A stretch of 64,000 nucleotides of DNA from Verrucomicrobiia bacterium. Its GTDB lineage: Bacteria; Verrucomicrobiota; Verrucomicrobiia; Limisphaerales; UBA11358. The position numbers were made by a program, and so were the translations under genes. This document shows, piece by piece, positions 29,007 to 38,117 of the stretch. Each line of letters starts with the position of its first letter. Position 1 is the stretch's first letter. The DNA lies in assembly GCA_035776755.1 (NCBI GenBank), contig DASTWS010000006.1, positions 6,777 through 70,776 of the forward strand, given 5' to 3'. Below the pieces are notes generated by a model. That model searched no databases. It was not told the origin of the DNA and saw only the letters and a list, made by a program, of their open reading frames with translations.

Positions 29007-30965
29007 ATGTTAATTCTCGACGAATTAAAACGAAATGATGCGCAACTTCGCCTCGTGGCGGCGATGGTGGCGCTTGGTCTTTTCGTTTTGCTGGCGGGGC
29101 TTTGGTGGGTGCAGGTCGTTTCGGCGCGCAAATATCAATCGCATCTGGAAACGCAGGCGTATCGCACGGTGCGCGTGCCGGCCGAGCGCGGGAAAATTCT
29201 TGATCGTGAAGGCCGGGTGCTGGCGGAAAATGCGCCAAGCTACAATCTGAACCTCTATCTGGATGACCTGGGCAGCGATTTCCGGAAGGAATACGCGCAT
29301 TTGCGCCCGGTGAAAATCGTCACCAATTCGCCGCCGTTTTGGAAATTCTGGTCGCGCGCGAAGAAGGTCACGAAGCAGCGCGCCCGGTTGGACAGCGACC
29401 AGGTAGATGCGCTGGCGTGGCAGGCGCGTTACAACGTGGCGAGCAAAATCGCGTCGGAATTGTCCAGCGACATGGGCGAGCCGTTGAAAGTGGACCCGGC
29501 GGATTTCAAACGGCATTATGCAACGGAACGAGCAATGTCCTATCCGCTGCTTGAAGACCTCGACCCGGCGGAAATTGCGCGCTTCGAGGAGCATTATTCC
29601 AGCGGATTGCCGGTGGATCTGGAAATGGAATCGCAACGCGTTTATCCTTACGGCACGACGGCGGCGCATTTGCTTGGATTTGTGCGCAAGGACGACAGTT
29701 CCATCGAAGGCGAAGAAGCCTTTTTCGATTATCGTCTGCCCGATTGGCGCGGTGTCCTTGGCATCGAAGGCGGATACGATTCCTATTTGCACGGACATGC
29801 GGGTGTTGAATCTGTGCTCGTAAATAATCTCGGCTATCGCCAAACCGCAAATGTCTGGAGCGCGCCCGAGCCGGGAGAAAATGTCGTGCTCACGCTGGAT
29901 CTGGACGTTCAGCGCGCCGCGGAGCAGTCGCTGCTCGCGCATCGCGGACCAAATTCCCGCGCGGCCATCGTGGTGATGAACGCGCGGAACGGCGACGTGC
30001 TGGCGATGGTTTCATCGCCGCTCATCAATCCGATTTACAATTCCAACAGCCCGGCCTATTTGGCCGACGAAAAATTAAAGCCGCAGCTCAATCGCGCGAC
30101 GCAACAAAATTACGCGCCGGGTTCCATTTTCAAACCGATTGTTGGCCTGGCGGCGCTCGAAGCTGGTTTGGATCCCAATGCGCTTGTAGATAATCCCGGA
30201 TATGTTTATGTCGGCCGCCGTCACATCACGGATCTGGCAGAACCGGGCCAATATGATTTGAAAAAAGCCATCGTCCATTCGAGCAACACCTATTTCATCA
30301 CCATCGGTTTGCGCACTGGAATTGATAAAATCGTTCGCATGGCCGAAAAATTTCACTTTGGCGAACGCACCGGCCTGACCACGCGGCAGGAAACACGAGG
30401 AATCTTTCCATCGCTAAAGGAAGTGAATAGCTCCGACTGGCATGATGGCGATTCGGCGAACATTTGCATCGGACAGGGAGCAATGGCCGTGACGCCGTTG
30501 CAAATGGCGGTGGCCTATTCGGCCATCGCCAATGGAGGCACAGTTTTTTGGCCGCGATTGGTCGAACGGATCGAACCGCAGGATCCGTCCACCGGCGAGA
30601 CGTCGACCGATTATCCGTCTGGCCTCGTGCGCGATCGCTTGGGCGTCAGCCAGCATAGCCTGAATGTTTTGCACGACGCGATGTTGGCGGAAACCGTTGA
30701 AGGCACCGGCCAGGCGGCCCAGGTTCCGGGCTTAAAAATCTGCGGAAAAACCGGCACGGCCGAAGTGATGAACGAGCACAACGTGAGGATTGATCGCACG
30801 ACCTGGTTCGCATCGTATGCCCCATATGAAAATCCCAAATACGCCGTTGTCGTCATGGTCGAGAGCGGGACATTTGGTGGACCGACTTGCGCGCCGATCG
30901 CGCATGACATTTACGAAGAGCTTTTGAAGAAAGACCCGACAATTGCGAATGTGGCGAAGAATTAA
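29007..30965 (+). CDS. mrdA: penicillin-binding protein 2 (elongasome transpeptidase)
   Basis: N-terminal TM plus the PBP dimerisation region. SxxK (GSIFKP), SSN (HSSNTYF) and KTG (CGKTGTAE) motifs are present. It lies between mreD and rodA. Confidence 0.9.
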   Translation: MLILDELKRNDAQLRLVAAMVALGLFVLLAGLWWVQVVSARKYQSHLETQAYRTVRVPAERGKILDREGRVLAENAPSYNLNLYLDDLGSDFRKEYAHLRPVKIVTNSPPFWKFWSRAKKVTKQRARLDSDQVDALAWQARYNVASKIASELSSDMGEPLKVDPADFKRHYATERAMSYPLLEDLDPAEIARFEEHYSSGLPVDLEMESQRVYPYGTTAAHLLGFVRKDDSSIEGEEAFFDYRLPDWRGVLGIEGGYDSYLHGHAGVESVLVNNLGYRQTANVWSAPEPGENVVLTLDLDVQRAAEQSLLAHRGPNSRAAIVVMNARNGDVLAMVSSPLINPIYNSNSPAYLADEKLKPQLNRATQQNYAPGSIFKPIVGLAALEAGLDPNALVDNPGYVYVGRRHITDLAEPGQYDLKKAIVHSSNTYFITIGLRTGIDKIVRMAEKFHFGERTGLTTRQETRGIFPSLKEVNSSDWHDGDSANICIGQGAMAVTPLQMAVAYSAIANGGTVFWPRLVERIEPQDPSTGETSTDYPSGLVRDRLGVSQHSLNVLHDAMLAETVEGTGQAAQVPGLKICGKTGTAEVMNEHNVRIDRTTWFASYAPYENPKYAVVVMVESGTFGGPTCAPIAHDIYEELLKKDPTIANVAKN

Positions 30966-30967
30966 AA

Positions 30968-32176
30968 ATGGTTGATCCATCCATCAACGAACGCGGCGGG
31001 CGCGTGGACAAACTGCAATTGATTGCGATTGCAGGATTGATGTTCCTGGGCGCGATGTTCGTGTTGAGCGCCACCGCGGCGCATCAACCGGATGATTTGC
31101 CGTGGTATGACGAGATGTGGATTCGCCAGATCATCTGGTATGCGCTCGGCAGCGGCGCGGCGGTCGCGTCGTGCATTATCAGCTATCATCAACTGGCGCG
31201 CTGGTCGCTGATCATTTATTGGGGAATGATCGTCTGTCTCGTCGCGGTCTTGATTCCGCACATCGGTTCAACGCATGGATGGGGCGCGCGCCGCTGGATT
31301 GATTTGGGACCTTTCCAATTTCAACCGAGTGAATTTGCAAAACTGGCGTTCATCCTGGCGCTGGCCAATTTCTTGAGCCGCCCCGTGGATGAATTGCGGA
31401 TTCCAGCGATTTTCTGGAAAGGCATTGGATTGATGATGCTGCCGTTTGCGCTGATCATGAAAGAACCGGATCTGGGTTCGGCGCTGGTTTTGTTCCCGAC
31501 GGGTTTGGTGATGATGTTCGTGGCGGGAACGCCAAAACGTTATTTGCTGAAATTGGTCGGCGGCATCGCCATCTTATGCGTGCTGTTCGTGGCGGACGTT
31601 ATTTTTGCTCCGCGCGCCTTGCAAATTCCGATCCACGAATATCAACGGCAACGGCTGCTGGTTTATTTCGGCGCCAGTTTTGCGGATAAAAATTCAACGC
31701 CCGAGCAAAAAGCCGAAGCGCGCCGTTTGCAGGAAAAAAGTTCGTATCAAGGCAAACAGGCGTTGATTTCCGTCGGCTCCGGCGGCTTTTGGGGCAAGGG
31801 CTGGCGGCAGGGACAACAGACCGCGTTGAGTTTTTTGCCGGCCGGCGCGGCGCACAATGATTTCATTTTCTCCGTAATTGCCGAGGAGGAAGGATTCGTC
31901 GGCTCGACCATCGTGCTGACGCTATATGCGGTGATTCTGTTTTCAGGATTAAGAATCGCCGGCCAGGCGCGCGATCGCCTTGGCAAACTCGTGGCCGTGG
32001 GCGCGGTGACGCTCCTGTTCAGCCACGTGTTCATCAATATCGGCATGAACATCCGCATCGTCCCGGTGACGGGCATCCCGCTGCCGCTGTTAAGTTACGG
32101 CGGCTCGTCGGTGCTGTGCTCGTTGATCGCGTTGGGACTGATGCAAAACGTATATATTCATCGGAAAGGATATTAA
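30968..32176 (+). CDS. rodA: rod shape-determining protein RodA (SEDS family)
   Basis: FtsW/RodA/SpoVE signatures: QPSEFAKL, HNDFIFSVIAEEEGF and GIPLPLLSYGGSS. Confidence 0.9.
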   Translation: MVDPSINERGGRVDKLQLIAIAGLMFLGAMFVLSATAAHQPDDLPWYDEMWIRQIIWYALGSGAAVASCIISYHQLARWSLIIYWGMIVCLVAVLIPHIGSTHGWGARRWIDLGPFQFQPSEFAKLAFILALANFLSRPVDELRIPAIFWKGIGLMMLPFALIMKEPDLGSALVLFPTGLVMMFVAGTPKRYLLKLVGGIAILCVLFVADVIFAPRALQIPIHEYQRQRLLVYFGASFADKNSTPEQKAEARRLQEKSSYQGKQALISVGSGGFWGKGWRQGQQTALSFLPAGAAHNDFIFSVIAEEEGFVGSTIVLTLYAVILFSGLRIAGQARDRLGKLVAVGAVTLLFSHVFINIGMNIRIVPVTGIPLPLLSYGGSSVLCSLIALGLMQNVYIHRKGY

Positions 32177-32179
32177 ACT

Positions 32180-34162
32180 ATGAGCAACCAGAACTTTTCG
32201 AGACGCCGGCGCGGAATGCGTTTCCGTCCGAAAGGCGGCCTCGGGCAGACACAACAAAAGCCCGACCGCGATGCCGCGCAAGCGCGCGCTGACATTGTCA
32301 GCGAGCAAGGCGGCACAGATAAGCTGTTCCAGAAACATCATCAGGCAGAAATCGAGCGTTCGGAAAATATCGCCGCCGGTTTGCCGCCCGAAGGCGTTCC
32401 GGAACAGGAAGTCCCCGAAACGCCCGCGCATATTCCGGAGAAAAAGAATTTTCGCGAACCGCACTCGGAAATCCCCGCGCAAGTGCAGGAGGAAAAAGAA
32501 GAATTCAAACCGGTTGAGATCAAAGAACAATCGAAAGGCATTTTGGATTCCATCAAAAATGTCGCCAATACGCTTGTCAAAAAAGTCCAGCGCCTGATCC
32601 GGCCGGAAAAGAAAATCCACAAGGAAGTCATCATCAACGCCGAGACGCTTGAAACGCGCGTCGCGGTGACGGAAGACGGCAAGCTCGAGGAATTCACCAT
32701 CGAGCGCACGACCGAAGAGCGACTTGTCGGCAGCATTTTCAAAGGCCGCGTGCGCAATCTCGAAGACGGATTGAAAGCCGCCTTCGTGGACATCGGCTTC
32801 GAGAAAAATGCGTTTCTGCATTACTGGGACATCGTGCCGAATCAATTCGATTCCGGCGTCGAAGTCGTCGAACGCGAGGGCCGCCGTCCACAAAAGCCCA
32901 AAATCACCCAGAAAGATGTGCCGCGCCTTTATCCGCCCGGCAGCGAAATCATCGTGCAGGTCACCAAAGGTCCGATCGGCACCAAAGGCCCGCGCGTGAC
33001 GACCAATCTCGTTTTGCCCGGACGTTATCTCGTGCTGTTGCCGAATTCGGACCAATCCGGCATTTCCCGGAAAATTGAAAACCAGGAAGAGCGCAAGCGT
33101 TTGAAAAAAATCCTGCGCGAGCTTCCGATTCCCGACGGCATGGGCGTCATCATGCGCACCGCCGGCGAAGGCCAGCAGAAACGTTATTTCATCCGCGACC
33201 TCGCGTTGCTGTTGGAAGAATGGAGCGGCGTGGAACAAAAAGTTAAAAAGCAGCCGCCGGCCACCTGCGTTTTCCAGGAACCGGATTTGATCGAACGCAC
33301 CGTGCGCGATTTCTTGACCGAAGACGTCGAACGCATCGTCGTGGACAGCCAAAAAGCTTACGACCGGATGCGCGAAATCATTTTGCGCATCAAGGCGAAG
33401 TTTGCGGCGAAGAAATTGAAACTCTACGCCGACCCGCAGCCGGTGTTCGACCGGTTCAACATCACCAAGCAGTTGGAAAATACCTTCTCGCGCCAGGTGC
33501 ATTTGAAGAGCGGCGGATACATCGTGATTGACGAAACCGAAGCGCTCGTGGCGATTGACGTGAATACCGGCCGCCACAAAGGCAGCCGCGACCAGGAAGC
33601 GACGATTCTCAAAGTGAACGTCGAAGCCGCCGACGAAATCTGCCGGCAATTGCGCCTGCGCAATATGGGCGGACTCATCGTGCTCGATTTCATTGACATG
33701 AAAGGTCGCCGCGACCAGCAGCAGGTTTATCAGCGGATGAAGGAAGGTTTGCGCCGCGACAAAGCCAAGACGCATATCCTGCCCATCTCGCAACTCGGCC
33801 TCATGGAAATGACGCGCCAGCGCCACAGCGAAAGCGTGCGCTCGGCCGTTTACGACGACTGCCCGTATTGCAAAGGCCGCGGCAAGGTGAAGAGTTCCAT
33901 CACCATGAGCGTGGAAATCCAGCGCAAGCTCCAGGAAATCTTGAAGAAGCGCACGCGCGACGAATCGGATTTCCAATTGCGAATTGTGGTCAATCCCACG
34001 ATTCTCGAACGCCTCCGCACCGAGGACGAAAAGCATTTGATCGAAATGGAAAAACGCTATTTCGGCAAATTATCGTTCCGCGCCGACAACGGCATGCATG
34101 CGGAACAATTCAAGATCGTGAACGTCGAGAACGGCGAAGAACTCGCCAGCGTCGGCGGATAA
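32180..34162 (+). CDS. ribonuclease E/G family protein with basic/acidic N-terminal extension
   Basis: S1 domain (GSIFKGRVRNLEDGLKAAFVDIG). Catalytic region ALVAIDVNTG and GGLIVLDFIDM. Zn-link CPYCKGRG. Confidence 0.85.
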   Translation: MSNQNFSRRRRGMRFRPKGGLGQTQQKPDRDAAQARADIVSEQGGTDKLFQKHHQAEIERSENIAAGLPPEGVPEQEVPETPAHIPEKKNFREPHSEIPAQVQEEKEEFKPVEIKEQSKGILDSIKNVANTLVKKVQRLIRPEKKIHKEVIINAETLETRVAVTEDGKLEEFTIERTTEERLVGSIFKGRVRNLEDGLKAAFVDIGFEKNAFLHYWDIVPNQFDSGVEVVEREGRRPQKPKITQKDVPRLYPPGSEIIVQVTKGPIGTKGPRVTTNLVLPGRYLVLLPNSDQSGISRKIENQEERKRLKKILRELPIPDGMGVIMRTAGEGQQKRYFIRDLALLLEEWSGVEQKVKKQPPATCVFQEPDLIERTVRDFLTEDVERIVVDSQKAYDRMREIILRIKAKFAAKKLKLYADPQPVFDRFNITKQLENTFSRQVHLKSGGYIVIDETEALVAIDVNTGRHKGSRDQEATILKVNVEAADEICRQLRLRNMGGLIVLDFIDMKGRRDQQQVYQRMKEGLRRDKAKTHILPISQLGLMEMTRQRHSESVRSAVYDDCPYCKGRGKVKSSITMSVEIQRKLQEILKKRTRDESDFQLRIVVNPTILERLRTEDEKHLIEMEKRYFGKLSFRADNGMHAEQFKIVNVENGEELASVGG

Positions 34163-34177
34163 AAATTCAGAAAACAC

Positions 34178-34210
34178 AAAACGTCTCGCAGGAAACTGCG
34201 GGGCGTTTTT
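34178..34210 (+). terminator. intrinsic terminator after the mre-rodA-rne unit
   Basis: AAAACGTCTCGCAG-GAAA-CTGCGGGGCGTTTT stem-loop (14 bp including two G-U pairs), running into a T-tract. Confidence 0.6.
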
Positions 34211-34259
34211 CATTTGCAAACACAGTTGCCCGAAATCGCTTCCTGCGGCAACTTATCGC

Positions 34260-35174
34260 GTGCCTGATTCCGGCAGATTATTCGATTCGTTGCGCCCCGG
34301 CCGTCTGGAGGGCGAACGCCTTCTCCTGGCGCTCGCGATTTCTCTGGCCGTGCATCTGATCGGCTTTGGTGGTTATGAATTCGGCAAGTCGGCGGTGAAA
34401 TACTCGCCGTGGTTGCGTTCTCTCGTCGCGGCAAAACTTCCACAAAAGGAAATTCACCGAACCGAAGAGCCGGTGGAATTTGTCATGGTCCAGCAGCCTT
34501 CAACCGAAGCGCCGAAAAATGCAAAATACATTTCCAACCAAAATTCCCGCGCGGCAAATCCGGAGGCCAAAAAGCAAACCGAAAATCCCGAATTGAACGG
34601 AAAACAAACTGATATCGCGATGACGGAAACCGCGCCGCGTCAGCCGATTACTCAACCGCAGCCTCAACCGTCCGCGCAGGAATCGCAGCCGCGCCCGGCA
34701 AATACTCCCGGCGATTTGACGCTGGGCAAACCGGATAAATCGTCACAGCACGAACCACAGCGTCCGCGCACCATTCAACAGGCACTGGCCATGCGGCATA
34801 TGCCCGGCCTGCAGATGAAACAGGACGGCGGCGTGCAACGCAAAGCGGTCGTGCCATCGTTCGATGTGAAAATCACCGGCTTCGGCGATTACGACGCGCG
34901 ATTCATTCAAGCGGTTTCGCAACGCTGGTGGAATCTGCTCGACAGCCAGCATTTTGCGCTCGACCGCAGCGGTAAAGTTGTTTTGCTGTTCCACCTGAAT
35001 TATGACGGCAGCATCACGGATATGCGTTTTGGCGAAAATTCGGTCGGCGATTTGCTGGGTTACGTTTGCGAAAAAGCCGTCATGGACGGCGCGCCGTATG
35101 AACGCTGGCCCAGCGATATGCGTCTGAAGCTCGGCGACCACGCGGACGTGCAATTTACATTTTACTATTATTGA
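34260..35174 (+). CDS. TonB-like energy transducer
   Basis: N-terminal TM (LLLALAISLAVHLIGF), a Pro/Gln-rich spacer (PITQPQPQPSAQESQPRP), a C-terminal about 90-aa globular domain, and position directly upstream of exbB-exbD. GTG start. Confidence 0.5.
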   Translation: MPDSGRLFDSLRPGRLEGERLLLALAISLAVHLIGFGGYEFGKSAVKYSPWLRSLVAAKLPQKEIHRTEEPVEFVMVQQPSTEAPKNAKYISNQNSRAANPEAKKQTENPELNGKQTDIAMTETAPRQPITQPQPQPSAQESQPRPANTPGDLTLGKPDKSSQHEPQRPRTIQQALAMRHMPGLQMKQDGGVQRKAVVPSFDVKITGFGDYDARFIQAVSQRWWNLLDSQHFALDRSGKVVLLFHLNYDGSITDMRFGENSVGDLLGYVCEKAVMDGAPYERWPSDMRLKLGDHADVQFTFYYY

Positions 35175-35186
35175 ACCAAAAATTTT

Positions 35187-35903
35187 ATGGATCTACTGAT
35201 TTATATTTTGCTCGGATTGACTTCAATCGTCGGCGTGACGTTCGTCGTCGAACGCGCGTGGACATTGCAATGGAACAAAGTCGTGCCGCCGCAAATCACG
35301 TCATCGATGGGCACCTGCAAGACCAGCGAAGATCTCGCGAGATTGGTCGCCGTCTGCAAACGCAATCCCTCGCCGCTCGGACGATTACTCTCGCTCGCGG
35401 CCACGCATCTGGATTGGCCGAAAAATGACAATGTGGACACGCTTCAATCCGCCGCGCGCCATGAAATCGTCAAACTCGAACGCGGCCTCGTCGTTTTGGA
35501 AATCATCGTCGGCATCGCGCCGTTGCTCGGACTCGTCGGAACAATTGTGGGAATGATCGGCGTGTTCGGCGACATTGGCCAAAGTGGATTGAATGACGCG
35601 ACAAGACTTGCTCATGGCATTTCAACAATTCTTTGGGCGACGCTCATCGGATTGCTGATCGCCATTCCGTCGCTCATCGCGTGGAGTTATTTCAGCAAAA
35701 AGGTCGAAGTGCTGGCCGTGGAAATGGAAGCGCTGTGCGATGAATTTATTCGCCGGATGTATTCGGGTCTGGCATCGGGCGTCCTGGATTTGGCGTCCGG
35801 ACAAAATGCGCCTCCCGCGCCAACGCCCACTGCTCCGCCGGTTTCTGAACCGGAATATCGCCCGCTGTCACGCACGGCCAAACGTCGAACCACCGAAAAG
35901 TAA
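35187..35903 (+). CDS. exbB: MotA/TolQ/ExbB proton channel family protein
   Basis: Three TM segments, with the family motif GIAPLLGLVGTIVGMI and AHGISTILWATLIGLLIAIP. Confidence 0.8.
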   Translation: MDLLIYILLGLTSIVGVTFVVERAWTLQWNKVVPPQITSSMGTCKTSEDLARLVAVCKRNPSPLGRLLSLAATHLDWPKNDNVDTLQSAARHEIVKLERGLVVLEIIVGIAPLLGLVGTIVGMIGVFGDIGQSGLNDATRLAHGISTILWATLIGLLIAIPSLIAWSYFSKKVEVLAVEMEALCDEFIRRMYSGLASGVLDLASGQNAPPAPTPTAPPVSEPEYRPLSRTAKRRTTEK

Positions 35904-35946
35904 ATGTTGATCCGTCATTCATCATTCGGATTTCGTCATTTGTAAT

Positions 35947-36372
35947 ATGCACTTCTACGTCCGCAAACGCCGCAACACGCCCGCCGTCATCATTGTCGCG
36001 TTGATTGACGTGCTCATCGTGCTGGTGATCTTTCTGCTGGTGACGACGACGTTCAAGCAACAGTCCGCGCTCAAATTGCAATTGCCTGAATCGAAAGAGG
36101 CCAAAAAATCTGGCGCGGATGAAAACCTGCCGTTCATCGTGAACATTGACACGAACGGCGTTTATTCCATTGGCAAAAGCAAAATGCCGATCACGTTTGA
36201 GCAATTGAAAGCGCAATTGATGAGTGAATCCGCGACCAACGCGCAATTGGTTCTGGCCATCAATGCCGACGAAAATGCGCCGTGGGGAAAAGTGGTGAAA
36301 ATCCGCGACGCGGCGGCGGATGCAAAAATTAAAACGCTGGTGGCTTATACGAAAGAGCCGGCGAAACAATAA
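35947..36372 (+). CDS. exbD: biopolymer transporter ExbD/TolR
   Basis: 141 aa, with IALIDVLIVLVIFLLV TM and a periplasmic domain that has the typical layout. It follows exbB. Confidence 0.8.
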   Translation: MHFYVRKRRNTPAVIIVALIDVLIVLVIFLLVTTTFKQQSALKLQLPESKEAKKSGADENLPFIVNIDTNGVYSIGKSKMPITFEQLKAQLMSESATNAQLVLAINADENAPWGKVVKIRDAAADAKIKTLVAYTKEPAKQ

Positions 36373-36373
36373 A

Positions 36374-36406
36374 AAAGCGGAAACAGATTTTCTCCGTTTC
36401 CGCTTT
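36374..36406 (+). terminator. possible weak intrinsic terminator after exbD
   Basis: AAAGCGGAAAC / GTTTCCGCTTT stem with an 11-nt loop. The T-tract is short. Confidence 0.4.
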
Positions 36407-36411
36407 GAATT

Positions 36412-36470
36412 GTAGCAGCCGACGTGAGCGGCTCATTTTTAAATCAGAGCGGACTCACGTCTGCTGCTAC
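36412..36470. repeat. long inverted repeat (17-bp arms, one mismatch) between exbD and asd
   Basis: GTAGCAGCCGACGTGAG (36412-36428) pairs with CTCACGTCTGCTGCTAC (36454-36470). Confidence 0.6.
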
Positions 36471-36473
36471 GGC

Positions 36474-37478
36474 TTATTTCAGCAATTCTTCCGCAATCAA
36501 CACGGCGTTAAGCGCTGCGCCACGGAGCAATTGGTCGCCGCTCACCCAAAAGCACAGGCCGTTGTCCAGCGCGCAATCTTTGCGCAGGCGACCGACTTCG
36601 CAATTGTCTTTCTCGCTGGTGAAGAGCGGCATCGGATATTTTTTGTTCTCCGGATCGTCAATCACGTCCAATCCGGGCGCTTTTTTGAGAACGGCGCGCG
36701 CGGCTTCGACGGAAACCGGCTTTTCAAATTCCGCGCTCACGGCGATGGAATGGGAGCGATACACCGGCACGCGCACGCAGGTCACGCTGGCGCGGAACGC
36801 CGGGTGATGCATGATTTTGCGGCCTTCGTTTTCCATCTTCATTTCCTCTTTCGTATAACCGCTGGGCAGGAATGAATCCACGTGCGGCAACACGTTGAAG
36901 GCGATCTGATGCGGATAAACTTCTTTCGATGCCGCTTTTCCACCGACAATTTCGCCGACCTGCCGTTTCAATTCTTCAATCGCTTTGGCGCCGGTGCCGC
37001 TGACGGCCTGATAGCTCGAAGCGAAAATGCGTTTGACGGTAAATTCTTTGTGCAGCGGATACAGCGCCATGAGCGTAATGGCGGTTGTGCAATTCGGATT
37101 GGCGATAATGCCCTTGTGCGCTTTAACGTCGGAGGCATTGATTTCAGGAATCACGAGCGGCACGTCGGGGTCCTGACGGAACGCGCTGGAATTATCCACG
37201 ACCACGCAGCCGGCTTTGGCGGCGATGGGCGCGAATTCTTTCGAGATGCTGCCGCCGGCGCTGAACAAAGCAATGTCAATTCCCTTGAACGAATCTTTGG
37301 TCAATTCCGTGATGGCGATTTCCTGCCCGCGAAATTTCAATTTTTTGCCAACGGAACGGGCGGAAGCGAGCAAAGTCAGTTTGCCGACCGGAAAATTTCT
37401 TTTCTCCAGCGTTTTGATCATTTCGATGCCGACGGCGCCAGTCGCGCCCACTACGGCCACGTGCGGATTACGGTTCAT
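36474..37478 (-). CDS. asd: aspartate-semialdehyde dehydrogenase
   Basis: VAVVGATGAVG, the active-site IANPNCTT, and the overall length fit Asd. Confidence 0.9.
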   Translation of the reverse strand: MNRNPHVAVVGATGAVGIEMIKTLEKRNFPVGKLTLLASARSVGKKLKFRGQEIAITELTKDSFKGIDIALFSAGGSISKEFAPIAAKAGCVVVDNSSAFRQDPDVPLVIPEINASDVKAHKGIIANPNCTTAITLMALYPLHKEFTVKRIFASSYQAVSGTGAKAIEELKRQVGEIVGGKAASKEVYPHQIAFNVLPHVDSFLPSGYTKEEMKMENEGRKIMHHPAFRASVTCVRVPVYRSHSIAVSAEFEKPVSVEAARAVLKKAPGLDVIDDPENKKYPMPLFTSEKDNCEVGRLRKDCALDNGLCFWVSGDQLLRGAALNAVLIAEELLK

Positions 37479-37544
37479 AAATGGCCGGACAGTTTAGCAG
37501 AAAATCGCGGAGCGTCAATGAATCGGCGGAACGCGCCGCAATCA

Positions 37545-37563
37545 ATTTAGAATTATTCTAAAT
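37545..37563. promoter_or_regulatory. perfect 9-1-9 palindrome, candidate Fur-family operator (autoregulation)
   Basis: ATTTAGAAT-T-ATTCTAAAT, read directly. It abuts a TTGACC (37565) - 17 nt - TAAATT (37588) promoter-like pair, just upstream of or overlapping the fur-family gene 5' end. Confidence 0.45.
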
Positions 37564-37564
37564 C

Positions 37565-38047
37565 TTGACCGGGCTTTGTTTCGTGACTAAATTGGAATTC
37601 CTGAACGTCGTGGAGAAGAGAAACCACATCACTGAACATTTGAGCACGCGCGGCTTTCGCCTGACGCCGCAGCGCCAGCGGGTCTATGACGTGCTGGTGC
37701 AAAAGCGGGATCATCCGACCGCTGATGAAGTGTTTGTCCGCGCGAAAAAGCAGATGCCCGAGATTTCGCACGCGACGGTTTACAATTGCCTGGACGCGCT
37801 CGTGAAATGCGGTTTGGTGCGGCAGGTGCAATTGGATCGCGGCGCGACGCGCTTTTGCCCGAATATGCACGAGCACTGCCATTTTTATTGCGACGAATGT
37901 GAAGGGATTTTCGACGTGGATTTGCCGGCGGACGAAACGTTCGGCGTCCAATTGCCGAAGAATTTTAAGCCGGCGCGGTTTGAAATCGCCGTCCATGGAA
38001 TTTGTGGCGAGTGCGCGAAAAGGAAAAGTAATTCGTTAAACCGTTGA
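37565..38047 (+). CDS. Fur family transcriptional regulator (Fur/PerR/Zur-type)
   Basis: GFRLTPQRQRVYDVL...HPTADEVF...ISHATVYNCLDAL winged helix. HEHCHFYCDEC...CGEC metal sites. The track start is a TTG at 37565; the real start may be GTG 37583 or 37610. Confidence 0.8.
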   Translation: MTGLCFVTKLEFLNVVEKRNHITEHLSTRGFRLTPQRQRVYDVLVQKRDHPTADEVFVRAKKQMPEISHATVYNCLDALVKCGLVRQVQLDRGATRFCPNMHEHCHFYCDECEGIFDVDLPADETFGVQLPKNFKPARFEIAVHGICGECAKRKSNSLNR

Positions 38048-38117
38048 ATCGTTACATTGAAAATACACCCAGACAATTCAACAATTTAACCGATCTCAAT
38101 TTAACAATTTTAATAAA

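Noticed and set aside
32090-34036. 648-aa ORF on the minus strand covering almost the whole RNase E/G gene
   Set aside because: The plus-strand product has clear S1 and RNase E/G catalytic motifs. The antisense translation is low-complexity (A/F/H/V/R-rich), with no signal, start context or recognisable domain. It is a typical shadow ORF generated by codon bias.
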